A DNA stretch of 64,000 bases from Octopus sinensis. Taxonomy: Eukaryota. This document shows, piece by piece, positions 49,201 through 61,271 of this stretch. Under the pieces are notes generated by a model. The model did no database searches. It was given only the letters and a program-made list of their open reading frames with translations, and was not told the origin of the DNA. Position numbers and translations under genes: made by a program. The stretch's first letter is position 1. Every line of letters begins with the position of its first letter. The stretch covers positions 31,682,001-31,746,000 of the forward strand of contig NC_043007.1 in NCBI RefSeq assembly GCF_006345805.1, given 5' to 3'.

Positions 49201-52200
49201 CTAAGAAGCAAGTATCCACATTAAGACATGTAGTTCCAGTTCGGAAAAAGGTATTTTTTAAATATTTATCTTTGTTTTAAATCAAACTTCTATTAGAAGA
49301 TTTATTTATTCCTACTTATATCTATTTACCTTGTACCTTGAAGGGCCATCTGGAGACCTGGTTTCCGTTATTTATCTTTTTGCGGCTCCTATTCATTGTT
49401 CTCACTCTTGTAAATGTGAGTATCCATGGAGCTCCTCTATGACAAGAACCTGCTCTGACCCCACTCTTTCTCTTATACTTTAACTCCTCATCTCTTAGCA
49501 TAAGGCTGACCTCACCAACTCTTTGAGTTTTGTAGTCTTGCAAGCAGCAGGGCCACTTCACTAGTGTGAGTTAACACCAAAACAGCACCCAGCACACGCT
49601 GTAAAGTGGTTGGTGTTAGGAAAGGCATCCAACCATAGAAACCATGTTAAAGAAGATACCAGAGCACAATATCATCCTTCAACCCATCAGATCCTATCAA
49701 ACCATCCAACCTATGCCAACATGGATGTTAAATGATGATGATGATCGTTATTTTATATATGTGTATGGAGGCACAGTGGCCCAGTGGTTAGGGCTGTGGA
49801 TTTGTGGTCATAGGATTGCGGTTTTGATTCTGAGACCAGGCATTGTGTTTATTGAGCAGAAACACCTAAAGTTCCACAAGGCTCCAGCAGGGGGTGGTCA
49901 TGAACCCTGTTGTACTCTTTCACCACATATTGTCTCACTCTTTCTTCCTGTTTCTGTTGTACCTGTATTTTAAAGGGCCAGCTTTGTCACACTGAATCTC
50001 CCTGACAACTACATTAAGGTTACACATGTCTGTGGAGTGCTCAACCACTTACGCGTTAATTTCATGAGCAGGCTAATCCGTTGATCGGATCAACTGGAAC
50101 ACTCGTAACCAACGGAGTGCCACGATATATACTCACACAACAGGTTTCTTTCAGATTCTGTTTACCAAATCCACCTGCAAAGCTTTTTGTTGACCCAGAG
50201 CTTTGGTAGAAGACATTTATCCAAGGTGCTGTATAACAGGACTGAACCCATGACCACATAGTTGAGAAGCAAGCCTCTTAACCACACAGCCATGCCTCTA
50301 CCTGATTCATTAAAGCAACACAACCATTACTGCTTCCGAAAACATTTAGCTTTGCTCTCTCATTTCCTATCTTCAATCAGATTCTTTCTCAGAATCTCAG
50401 AAGTAACCATGTTTTTTTCCATTTTGGTTGTATATTTCTTCAACCTTAGGCACACAGAGATCCAAGATTTGATGACTTATCGGGAAAATACAATGAAGAT
50501 TTTTTCAAGAAAGCTTATTCATTTATTGATGATTATAAAGAAAAAGAGTTGAAGGTATTGTTTTTCTTTTTCATCATCATCATCATTTTTAGTGCTGTGC
50601 AGTGAGATTGAACTTGGAACCACATGATTGCATGGCAAGCTTTTTTTAACCATGCAGACTTGAAAAGTATTCACCGCATCCAATTAAATATTTCTTTTAC
50701 TTTTATACAACACGATGCTGGCGCCACGTAGAAAGCACCCAGTCCACTCTGTGAAGTGGTTGACATTAGGGCACCAAGCTGTAGAAACCATGCCAGAACA
50801 GGCAATGGAACCTTGTGCAGCCAGGGCCTGTCAATCTGTCCAACCCATGCCAGCATAGAAAGCAGATGTTAAATAGGTTTGTTTGCACCTAATGTCATCA
50901 TCATCATTTAACATCCACTTTTCCAGCTGGCATAGGTCGAACGGTTTGACTGAAAACTGGTAAGCCAGGGGGCTACACCAGGTTCCAATCTGGTTTGTCA
51001 AGGTTTCTACGGCTCAATGCCCTTCCTAATGCCAACCACTCCAAGAGTATAGTGGGTGTTTTTTATATGTATCATTGATCTGATACCAGTATTGGCCATG
51101 ACTACGGTTTTACTTGGCTTGACAGGTCTACACAAGCACTGTATATTGCCAAAGTTCTTGGTCACCTGTCACTGCCTCCATGAGGCCCAACACTCAAACG
51201 GTGCTTTTTAAATGCCAAATTTATAAAATCCATACTGGTCCACATTGGTATGGTGATGGTTGCTAACATGATGATCATTGCCATTGTTTTACTGTCCACT
51301 TTTTCCATGCTATTGTGGGTCACTTGGAATTTGTTGAGGTAGATTTTCTACAGATGGATGCCCTTCCTGTCACCAACCCTCACCTGTTTCCAAGGAAGGA
51401 AGGGTTTTCCCATGGCTGCATGTGTTAACATGGGAGATTGCAACAAATAACATCACTTGTATGACTATCGGCCATGTGCAACTTTCACACAGTGCCAAGA
51501 CAAGGCAGCACATATATACACATATATACATATACGACCAGCTCCTTTCAGTTTCCATTTACCAAAAGCACTCACAAGGCTTTGGTTGGCTCAGGGCTAT
51601 AGTAAAAGACACTTGCTCTCTGTGCCAAACATTGGAACTGAATTTCTTAACTATATGGCTATGCTTATTCAATTATTATTGTTATTTAGCCTTAAAAAAC
51701 GATAAACGTCGCCCTTTTCAAGCCTAGCCAGGCTCATGGGCACGGTTTCCCGGTTTCTGTGTTCCCCACAGCTGGACGGGATGCCAGTCCATCGCAGCGT
51801 TACTCAAGAAACAGGAAGAAAGAGTGAGAGAAAGTTGGGGCGAAAGAGTACAACAGGGGTCGCCACCCACCCCCTACTGGAGCCTCATGGACCTTTTAGG
51901 TGTTTTCGCTCAATAAACACACACAACGCCCAATCTGGGAATCGAAACCGTGATCCTCCAACCGCAAGTCCACTGCCCTAACCACCGGGCCATTGTGCCT
52001 CCACTATTTAGCCTTAATTCAAACTAAATAAGCAAACCTAAGATAAACAATGTTCCAGTTATGACCATCCCATATTGGTTGCAGTCAAGTGACTGAAACA
52101 AGTAAAAGAATAAAAGAATATATACATATGGGGGACTACATTGACCAGTTTGTCCTTCTTAAGATATTAGTGTGATATCCAGGCCATTGGGTTTCTATCT

Positions 52201-55200
52201 TCATCTTTTTTTAAACTGCTGGGAAGAATCTCCCTCATTGGCATCACCACATCTTCACCTTTACTCTCTCTCTTTCTCTCTCTCCTCATCTGGCACAAAA
52301 CCACCTTCCTCAGTACTGCTCCCTCCCTAAGTTGGCAGGGTCTTGTCTTGTAAATTATTTGGTGACCTCACTGATGTTGGTGCCAAGTCCACCATTGTAA
52401 AGTGATTGGTGTTAGCAAAGGCATCCAACTGCAAAAACCATACCTAACAGACAGTAAAGCTTGATGCAAAATGGGCAGCGAGCTGGCAGAGTTGTTAGCA
52501 CGCCGGGTGAAATGCTTTGCGGTATTTCATCTGCCATTATGTTCTGAGTTCAAATTCCGCCGAGGTCGAATTTGCCTTTCATCCTTTCGGAGTCAATTAA
52601 ATAAGTACCAGTTATGCACTGGAGTCGATATAATCGATTTAATCCATTTGTCTGTCCTTGTTTGTCCTCTCTTTGTTTAGCCCATTGTAGGTAGTAAAGA
52701 AATAGATATTTCATCTGTTGTTACGTTCTGAGTTCAAATTCTGCCGGGGTTGACTTTGCCTTTCATCTTTTTGGGGTCAATTAAATAAGTACCAATTACA
52801 TACTAGGGGTTGGTGTAATTGATTTAATCCCTTTGTCTGTCCTTGTTTGTCCCCTCTATGTTTAGCCCCCCGTGGGCAATAAAGAAATGAATATTTTGAC
52901 TTACCAACTCCTATCAACCTATCCAACCCATGCCAGCATAGAAAGCGGATGTTAAATGATGACTTCAAAATGCTATATTTCTAATAATAATACTCTGTTG
53001 TGGTAGCCATAAGAATGAAATTTACCATTGTTTTTATGATTTAAAAAGTCTACTGCAGAGAATACTCCTGATTTCAATGGAATAATTCTTAATTTTGTTT
53101 CACTCACAGGTTCTTAAGAAGAAAATGAAAAGATCTAAAAATGAAGACAAATCAAAGAATATCAAATACCTTATAACAAGAATGGTAAACTCCTTATTTT
53201 GCTGTATAATAATATTAGTTTTCATTCTTTAACAAAATGGTTATTTTCTTGGTTATACCCAGCCTAGCCCGGGTAGGCCCATGCAAAGTTGCAGAAAGTG
53301 TATGGAGTGGTTCAGATGTTTCTAAGATGGCCGAAGAAGTGTCAATATTGACAAACTTTCTGGGAGGCCTGCAACCAGAAGAAACAAACATCGTAGATGT
53401 GCATGCAGCTGTGAGAGAAAATCATTGAATCACCATCCGTGAGTTATGAAAGGATGTGCAGATTAGTTACGGTTCAGTTCAGTCCATTATCACAGAAGAT
53501 TTGGGTATGAGAGGCGTGTCTGCCAAGTTTGTGCCAAAACTGCTTTCAGCTGACCAAAGAGACATTTGGGTTTCAGTTCCACAAGATCTTGATTGTGTCG
53601 AGAACGATGAAAATTTTTTTTAAACTTTGCATAGGCCTCTGAGCAGGTATCGCCAAGCTTTTGACAAAATTTGATGCAGATTTCCTGCTAACTTTATCTG
53701 TCATGATCAAAGCGACAATCACATGCAACACACCTTCCTTCCAAGCATTGCTGTAAACAGCAGAAATGAGCTAGAACGTTAAAACTTAGTGCATATGCAC
53801 AGCAGAGTTCAAGGTCAATATGTGCCAAGTGGCTTCACTCTGCATGCTTTAGCTTTGTTACTATGGCAACAGTCCGGATACACCTCAATGTACTCCATGA
53901 AAAGTAGATGTTACACTGTGATGTTGATATTAATGTTTTCTGCATCGTCAACCACAAACCCTTCTCTAACTCTACTCTAATCATGCCCAAAGTTATTATT
54001 GGATGATAATTGCAGAAGCTTTCCCTCCAAATACCATATTTATTCATGTATAAGTTGCACCCCTAACTTAGTATTAAATCTCGGTACATAAAACTTTTTT
54101 GCCCTGTGTCTAAGTCACACCCCAGATTTTTCAGTCATAACTGAGCATGATATAGTTCAACTTATACAAGGGTCAAATAGTTTCCCTTTATTTGTAAATT
54201 CCTTTTTCTTTTTCGCAGGAGCAACAAAAATTGGCCTCTGAACAGATTTCTAAATCTAAAGACTTAGAGAAAACGTGGAAAAAAAAAGAGAAAGATTTGG
54301 TTACTCAAGGAAAGAAACAATATTTCTTAAAGAAATGTAAGTTTATTTTTGGTAATCTACTGTTTTTTGCTTTATATTCTTTTCTACTTTAGGCTCAGGG
54401 CCCATAATTTTTGGAGAGGGGTCCAGTCAATTAGATCAACCCCAATATGCAACTGGTATTTAATTTATTGACCCCGAAGGGATGAAAGGCAAAGTCGACC
54501 TCGGCGGAATTTGAACTCAGAACATAAAGACAGACGAAATACCTGTTTCTTTACTACCTACAGAGGACAAACGGATTGAGTTGATTACATCGACCCCAGT
54601 ACGTAACTGGTACTTAATTTATCGCCCCCGAAAGGATGAAAGACAAAGTCGACCTTGGTGGAATTTGAACTCAGAACGTAGCGGCAGACGAAATACGGCT
54701 AGGCATTTCACCCGGTGTGCTAACGTTTCTGCCAGCTCACCACCTTATATGTTCATTATATTGCATTCATTAATGTCAAATTTGTTTCTCTTGATATAAT
54801 TTATAAGTTGTTGCTGGTGCCATGTGAATGGCACCCATGTGTCATAGTCATGGTTGGTGTCCTGTAAATGGCACCTGTACTGGTGGCACATAAAAGCACC
54901 CATTACACTCCTGGAGTGGTTGATGTTAAAAAGGGTATCCAGCCGTAGAAACCACACCAAATCAGACTGGAACCTGGTGCAGCTCTCCGGCTTATCAGCT
55001 CCAGTTAAATCATCCAACCTGTGCCAGCATGGAGAATGGATGTTAAATGATGATGATGATGATTAAGTACATCATAATATTGTTTTAAACAAAACTGAAT
55101 ATATGGCAGTGCCCCAGCATGGCCACGGCTTGTGAGCTGAAACTAGATAAAAATAACAATAAATAAAAATATACCCATCATAAGGTGAGGAGCTGGCAGA

Positions 55201-57261
55201 ATCAGTAGCACGCTGGACAAAATGTTTAGTGGCATTTCATATCTTTACATTCTAAGCTCAAATTCCACTGTGGTCCACATAATCTTTTATCCTCCAGGGT
55301 TAATAAAATAAGTACCAGCTGTGTACTGGGGTTGATGTAATCGATTTACCCCTACCCCGAACTTGCTGGCCTTGTTCCACAATTTGTATTCTTGCAAGTA
55401 CTTGGTGACCCTGTCAGTGCAGGTCCCACTTCAAAGCACCCAGTCCACACTGTAAAGTGGTTGGCTTTTGGAAGGGCATCCAGCTGTAAAACCCTTGCCA
55501 AAAATGACCTTGCTTGTGCCACGTATAAAGCACTAAGTCCACTTTTGCAGAGTGGCTGGTGTTCGGAAAGGCATCCAGCTGTAAAAATCCTACAAAAACA
55601 GTTACAGAAGCCTGGTGCATGCTTCTGACTGGCCGGCTCTTGTCAAACCGTCCCACCCATGCCAGCATGGAAGGCAGACATTAAACGATGATGATGATAC
55701 ACACATCACATTTGATGGCATGTAAGATGCAGTTTTTTGTGTTCTGCTCTGTCCTTTTTCAAATTTATGTGGTGGTGGTGGTATGGTGGATTCTCTCATT
55801 CCTTCGATGAATAAAAGCTCAGCAAGACACGGCTGAAGTTTCTTCTTTTCACCCTACGGCCACTGATTTGCAGGATTAAAAACAAAGTCTTCCAGTAGCA
55901 TCGTCTGCTTGTCCCTGTCATCTCTTTTCCTGTTGTCACTGGACTTATGAAAACATTTTAATGGTGTTGATGCTGGTGTCCTGGTTTGCTCAACTCCCTG
56001 CACAAGAAATATTATCATAGTACGCATGATTTGTCCCACCATCTCATCCTCCAAATTTGTTTTGGTCAGATGCAACAAGTGGCACAAGTCCAATAATTAT
56101 CAGGATGCAGGATTTGTACGGAGTTATCTTCTCTTAGACAAGCAGCTGAAGAACCTCATCCGACCTGGGTCTGTTACGACGGTGCCAATGAATGACCTTC
56201 TTCCAAGAGCAGTTCCCCAACATGCTAATTAACCCATAGCTGGTGCTACTACTGCAGGCCAGAGTAAACCTGGGAACAGCAGTGGCTAAGAGGTGAATCT
56301 ATGCTCCTTACAACCATGAGACACTCAAACCAGGGCCTCACTAGGTTACAGTTTAGTGATACCCAGGACATGTATAGGGATTACCTTGTCCAACATCAAG
56401 TGTATCTTTGTTTGCAATGTTCAAGTGTAAGTAGGAGATTCGGTTGTTATTTCTTGCAGGTTGAGTAACTACTTAGAGGCTCCCTTGTTAGTTAACAAAT
56501 ACATTATGTACTCATTATTAATCAACCTACTCTAATGTTATTCAAAACCAACAAGGCCTGGGAGAGGCCTTCTCTCAGGGAAACATGACCCTGGTGTAGC
56601 AAAATCTAAAAGAAAGCTGTGAAGGAAAAACCAGAGGTCTGACTGGAGAGAAGTAGAAAAAAAAAAACATCCCAGAGTCAAGATCAGTGGAGAAGAGTTG
56701 TTGATGGTGCCTGTGTTCCATAGAGTGCTAAGGTCTTTAGAGAAAGACATCTACCATAAATGTTTGGTTTTGTTTGTGTCTTTGTTTGAAATGTATAATG
56801 CCAATGTCTTTGTTTAATTGTAATGTTTTTAATTTATTTTAATTTGTAAGGCGGTGAGCTGGCAGAAACATTGGGTGAAATGCGTAGCTGTATTTCATCT
56901 GCCGCTACGTTCTGAGTTCAAATTCCGCCGAAGTCGAATTTGCCTTTCATCCTTTCGGGGTCGATTAAATAAGTACCAGTTACGCACTGGGGTCGATCTA
57001 ATCGACTTCATCCGTTTGTCTGTCCTTGTTTGTCCTCTCTGTGTTTAGCCCCTTGTGGGTAGTAAAGAAATATATAATGTTTTTAATTTGTTTTCTCTTT
57101 TCCATTTTTATTCAGCTGACAAGAAATTGCTCCAGATTGCTCAAAAGTATCGAGAATTAAAAGAGAAAGGCAAAGTCGAAGCATATCTAAAGAAAAAGCG
57201 TAAAAAGACTCACATAAAAAATGAACGTTTCCTTTCACAAATAAAAAATTACGATGATTAA
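44424..57261 (+). CDS. RRP36: Ribosomal RNA processing protein 36, about 219 aa, 9 coding exons
   Basis: Exons: 44424-44426 (ATG|gtgagt), 44973-44988 (16 nt), 47046-47106 (ELSEMSFEELQKLKSKIG), 48685-48753, 49184-49250 (PLEMSSKKQV), 50450-50554 (HRDPRFDDLSGKYNEDFFKKAYSFIDDYKEKE), 53110-53184, 54219-54336 (QGKKQYFLKK), 57116-57261 (YLKKKRKK...*). MSFEEL, PLEMSSK and RDPRFDDLSG are RRP36 motifs. The first two exons are inferred from frame logic and are less certain. Confidence 0.93.
45482..45849 (+). mobile_element. Short non-autonomous Helitron in RRP36 intron 2
   Basis: A|TC start, hairpin plus CTAG|T end; high similarity to 35825-36208. Confidence 0.85.
45866..46142 (-). mobile_element. Family 3 retroposon
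   Basis: Reverse complement of 27700-28037. Confidence 0.8.
47785..48004. mobile_element. TTAA MITE family A
   Basis: TTAA|CCCTTTCATTAC ... GTAACGAAAGGG|TTAA. Confidence 0.85.
48154..48375. mobile_element. TTAA MITE family A
   Basis: TTAA|CCCTTATGGTAC ... GTAACGAAAGGG|TTAA. Confidence 0.85.
51700..52003 (-). mobile_element. tRNA-headed SINE
   Basis: Minus strand begins GGAGGCACAATGGCCCGGTGGTTAGGGCAGTGGACTTGCGGTTGGAGGATCACGGTTTCGATTCC. Confidence 0.65.
52474..52890 (+). mobile_element. SINE family 2 tandem dimer
   Basis: A full copy followed directly by a head-truncated second copy. Confidence 0.8.
53290..53625 (+). mobile_element. Decayed mariner transposase fragment (HTH region)
   Basis: Translates IVDVHAAVRENH*ITIREL*KDVQISYGSVQSIITEDLGMRGVSAKFVPKLLSADQRD, with stops; matches the mariner N-terminal domain pattern. 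Confidence 0.8.
54395..54745 (-). mobile_element. SINE family 2 tandem copies
   Basis: Reverse-complement matches to 56849-57071. Confidence 0.75.
56849..57071 (+). mobile_element. SINE family 2 (Deu/Nin-domain-like), full-length copy 45 bp upstream of the last RRP36 exon
   Basis: GGCGGTGAGCTGGCAGAA...GAGTTCAAATTCC...TTTGCCTTTCATCCTTTCGGGGTCGATTAAATAAGTACCAG...AAAGAAATA; the central motif resembles the Deu/Nin SINE domain as I recall it. Confidence 0.8.
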
Positions 57262-58010
57262 TGTTTGTAATTGTTATTTTTTGATTCATTTTCTTTTTTT
57301 TTTTCCTACATTTTTTTGGAATTTTACATGGTTTTCACTATCACTGGTTTATAATGTTTAAACATAAACCAAAAGCTTGCTTCCCATCTTGAATTCAGCC
57401 CTACTGAGTGGCCCTTAAGCTAGTGCCTTCCTACTATAGTGCCAAGCCAACCAAAGTCTTGAGTGGATTTGGTAGATGGAAACTGAAAGAAGCCCATCAT
57501 ATGTGTGTGTAATTGTGTGAACCCTGGTCTTGGCATCACCTGATGGTTGTAAGTGGGCATCATCATCATAAAAGTGATGTTGTTGGTTTCCTGTTTTCCA
57601 TAGAAATCATTTCTGGCCACGAAGAAGTACCACCTTGCTTGGAAACAGGTAAAGGTTGGTGACAAGAAGGGCATCTGGCTATAGAAAATCTGCCTCAATG
57701 AATTCCATCTGACCCATGCAAGCAAGGAAAATAAAGATGATGGTGATCAGTAAATAAATAAAAAAAAGGACCGTGGTTATTTGGTTGTTGTTCAGCCTCA
57801 CGTCAGCCTTAATTGAACACTTCAAAGACATTCCAGCCATGACCTCTTACCAGCAGGGAAACCCAGGATCATATTTCTAACATGTCTTAAGCCAATATAG
57901 CATGATTTGAGGGAGATTTAACTGCTATATCTAGCAGTTCAAGTGACAACATAAAGGCCACTTCCTTAACTCAAATGGCTATATTTTATTGTGATATTAA
58001 CAGCAACGGG

Positions 58011-58410
58011 AAGGCAGTGAGATGACAGAATCGTTAGCATGCCGGCCGAAATGCTTAGCGGTATTTCATCTGTCGCTATGTTCTGAGTTCAAATTCCGCA
58101 GAGGTCGACTTTGCCTTTCACCCTTTCGGGGTCGATTAAATAAATACCAGTTACGCATTGGGCTTGATATAATCAACTCTTAATCCATTTGTCCCCTCTG
58201 TGTATAGCCCCTTGTGGGCAATAAAGAAATAAGAATCGTTAGCATACTAGTTGAAATGCTTAGCAGCATTTGGCTTGTCTTTATGTTCTGAGTTCAAATT
58301 CCACAACGATTGACTTTGCCTTTCATCCTTTCAGAGTCAATAAAATAAATACCAGTCGAGCAATGGGGTCAGTGTAATCTCCTCCAAAATTCCAGGCCTT
58401 GTGCCTATAG
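58011..58410 (+). mobile_element. SINE family 2 tandem dimer
   Basis: Two consecutive copies joined at AAAGAAATA. Confidence 0.75.
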
Positions 58411-58634
58411 TAAGAAAGGAAATGGATTAACAGTGAAGAGATTATGTTCTTTATTCCAAGTTCCTTCTCCCCTAGATTTGTTTATTTGCAATCTGGAGTG
58501 TCCTGGACTCCTAGAGGAAATACCCTTGTCTGTAGCTGTTGGTGTTATGTATCTTCTGAGATGATTCTCTCATACAGGATTCAAGGCTAGGAGAAGATTT
58601 TAGGAATAAAGAAAAAAGGGAAGTGCTTAATCTT

Positions 58635-59013
58635 TTACTCTTTTACTTGTATTATTCATTTGAGTGAGGCCATGCTGGAGCACTGCCTTTAGTCAAGCAA
58701 AACGACCCCAGGATTCATTCTTTGTAAGCCTAGGACTTATTCTATCAGTCTCTTTTGTCGAACTGCTTACAGGGATATAAACACACCACCATCGGTTGTC
58801 AAGTGATGTTGGGGGGGGTGCAAACACAGGCACACATACATATATATATATACGAGGAGCTTCTTTCAGTTTCCGTCTACCAAATCCACTCACAAGGCTT
58901 TGGTCGGCCCGAGGCTACAGTAGCAGACACTTGCCCAAGGTGCCATGCAGTGGGACTGAACCCGTAACCATGTGGTTCGTACGCAAAGTATCTTACCACA
59001 TAGCCATTCCTGC
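58635..59013 (-). mobile_element. SINE family 1 copy
   Basis: Reverse complement of 20688-21078. Confidence 0.85.
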
Positions 59014-59147
59014 TTGGTAAATTATAAGATGATAATGATAATAAAAACAAATGTGTGATGAAATTGAAAAATTTTAAAGGAATGCACAAGCAAAGTCTAG
59101 GGATTGCAAATTAAAAGGGTGATTTAGGGTGTATCTACACAAATGTG

Positions 59148-59640
59148 CACTCCCACCGATTTTGTTTCCTCATAACTTTAAAAAAAATGGATATTTTTTA
59201 GTGAAATTTTCTGCAAATATCATTCAGAGTGTGTAGATTGCGATTAATTTAATTTAATGTGAAAAAAAAAAAATTGGTAGGCTCGCTCACATACATCCTG
59301 ACATTTGTCTATCTAATGAAACTTGAAATTTCGAACTGTGGTGTTTGCATGCCCGCTCTTTTTTTTTCTGCACATTAAATTCCGATATAAGCGTAATCTA
59401 CACACTCTGAAAAGTATTTGTAGAAAAATTCATTAAAAATTACTCATTTTTCTTAGAGTTATGAGGAAATAAAGCTGACTCGTGCGAATTTTTAGAAACT
59501 CCTCTCCCCACTCATGGAAAAAATTCTTCATAATAAATTTCGATAAAATCGGAATCTACACCATCTGAAGCATATTTCTGACAAATTTCATTGAAAAATA
59601 TCCATTTTTCTAAAAGTTATGAGGAAACAAAGTCGAGTGG
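59148..59640. repeat. Imperfect long inverted-repeat (foldback/MITE-like) element
   Basis: About 59155-59255 (TTTGTTTCCTCATAACTTT...GGATATTTTT...GTGTAGATT) is inverted relative to about 59385-59470 and about 59545-59635 (ATCTACAC...AATATCCATTTTT...AAGTTATGAGGAAACAAA). Confidence 0.65.
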
Positions 59641-60571
59641 AAGGCACATGTGTAGGTATGCTATGATTTAGATATGAGCTGTTGATATATGTGGGAGAAA
59701 CGACTACACTGGGGTGAGTGTTTGGTGTGTATGAATGCTACATGTTGTTGGGTGGGAGACCAAGGAAGGGTTGAGAAGTGGTTGAATTAGGTTAAGAAAC
59801 GTTGAGACCCGAGAATTAAATTAACAGAGGAAAATGCTGTATTTCAGATCTAGGATCTAAACTATGCCTACACGGAAACCAATGATGTGTGGTTGTGTAG
59901 TTGAATATCAATTCATGTATTAAATTTGCTAACACTAACTTATTTAATTAATACATATATATATCAATTCATGTAAATGATTAAGACGTTTACTTTGCAA
60001 TTTTGAGGCCTAGAATTCGGTCCCTTCACGCGGCACTTTGTGCAAATGTCTCCTGCTAAAGATTCAGGTCGACCGAGGCCTCGCGAACAAATACAGCTGA
60101 ATAGGAAACTCTGGGGAATCCTGTCACATGATTCCATTAACACCTTAATATTACATTAAGTATACAAGTGTCTATGGAATACACAGCCACCTGTAATATG
60201 ATACAATGACTATGTAATTCTGTCATCGAACAGCTGCGATAATCACTGTCGAAATCGACTCAAAATCGATCGTATATCATTCATATTTGACTGCCTGTTT
60301 ACCAGAAAGCAGGTTCCCCATTTATTTGCCTCAAAAGACTGATTATGCATGAATCAGTGCGCGCGCGTGCGATATAGATTCAATAATTAAGCGTTTTACA
60401 TATGCGACATTAATTGATTTAAATATTGATATCGAGTCTCCATAATTAATTAAAAATACGGAAAAGAATAATCAAAGGTATTCTTGTGAAAATAGTGGGA
60501 AATTTAATATTTTAATTAGCTTCAACAACGGAAGTCGACTTTGAGTGCTTGACACGTGTTATGTCATCAAT

Positions 60572-60798
60572 ATGCCCAGCATCTTTGGTCAGGCAAGTAC
60601 AGCTTTTTCTTCAAACCTCCGTTTATGATGTCTATTAGCATCTTTGTAATGTTTGGGGTGATTTGATGTGATCTATAATCTATGATCTTTCGTCGTTCTT
60701 CAGATCGAAGCTGTCGAGAAAGGAATTAAGGCATGTCGGACACATATCGAACGGATAGACAGATCATTGCGGGAGAAAAATCTTGCAGATAACGAAAG
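60572..60798 (+). CDS. CCDC167: Probable coiled-coil domain-containing protein 167, first two coding exons (partial)
   Basis: 60572-60592 MPSIFGQ, GC donor (CAG|GCAAGT), then 60704-60798 IEAVEKGIKACRTHIERIDRSLREKNLADNE(R), ending AG|GTGGGA. Aligns without gaps to the recalled human CCDC167 segment [32 protein letters not shown]. Downstream exons were not found in the window. Confidence 0.65.
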
Positions 60799-61115
60799 GT
60801 GGGACCTCATTATTTATTTATTCTACAATAATACGAGGCATTCTATAGCCATACGCTTAGCAGCTTCTCTCTCTCTGTCTCTCTCTCTCTGACACACCCT
60901 CTTTCCATACATCTGTGTGTTTATATATATATAAACCAACTTTCTTATCTATATATATATATATATATATTTAAATTTAAATTTAAAGGGTGGGAAATTA
61001 GATATTAATTTAATTAACATCGATTTCACACCTGGTCTAGCATATAAAAACACTGAAGATTCAGTAAAATTGTATTATATACATATTAGAGGGAAACCAC
61101 TATGTGGAGACCCTT

Positions 61116-61182
61116 ATGCTAGAAATAGATCCGCTATGATAATTTATTAGTGGTAAGACCATAGCGGATCTATTTCTAGCAT
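61116..61182. other. Perfect 23-bp inverted repeat with a 21-nt loop
   Basis: ATGCTAGAAATAGATCCGCTATG (61116-61138) is the exact reverse complement of 61160-61182. Confidence 0.95.
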
Positions 61183-61224
61183 GATTGTGTCCACACAGCT
61201 GTTCCTTCTAATATGTGTATATAT

Positions 61225-61271
<47 letters not shown>

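Noticed and set aside
55780-56220. Possible LINE endonuclease remnant on the minus strand
   Set aside because: No clear motif can be assembled across frames.
15964-58967. Dozens of short ORFs ending [16 protein letters not shown] or containing [14 protein letters not shown]
   Set aside because: Incidental frames of the SINE families, not host genes.
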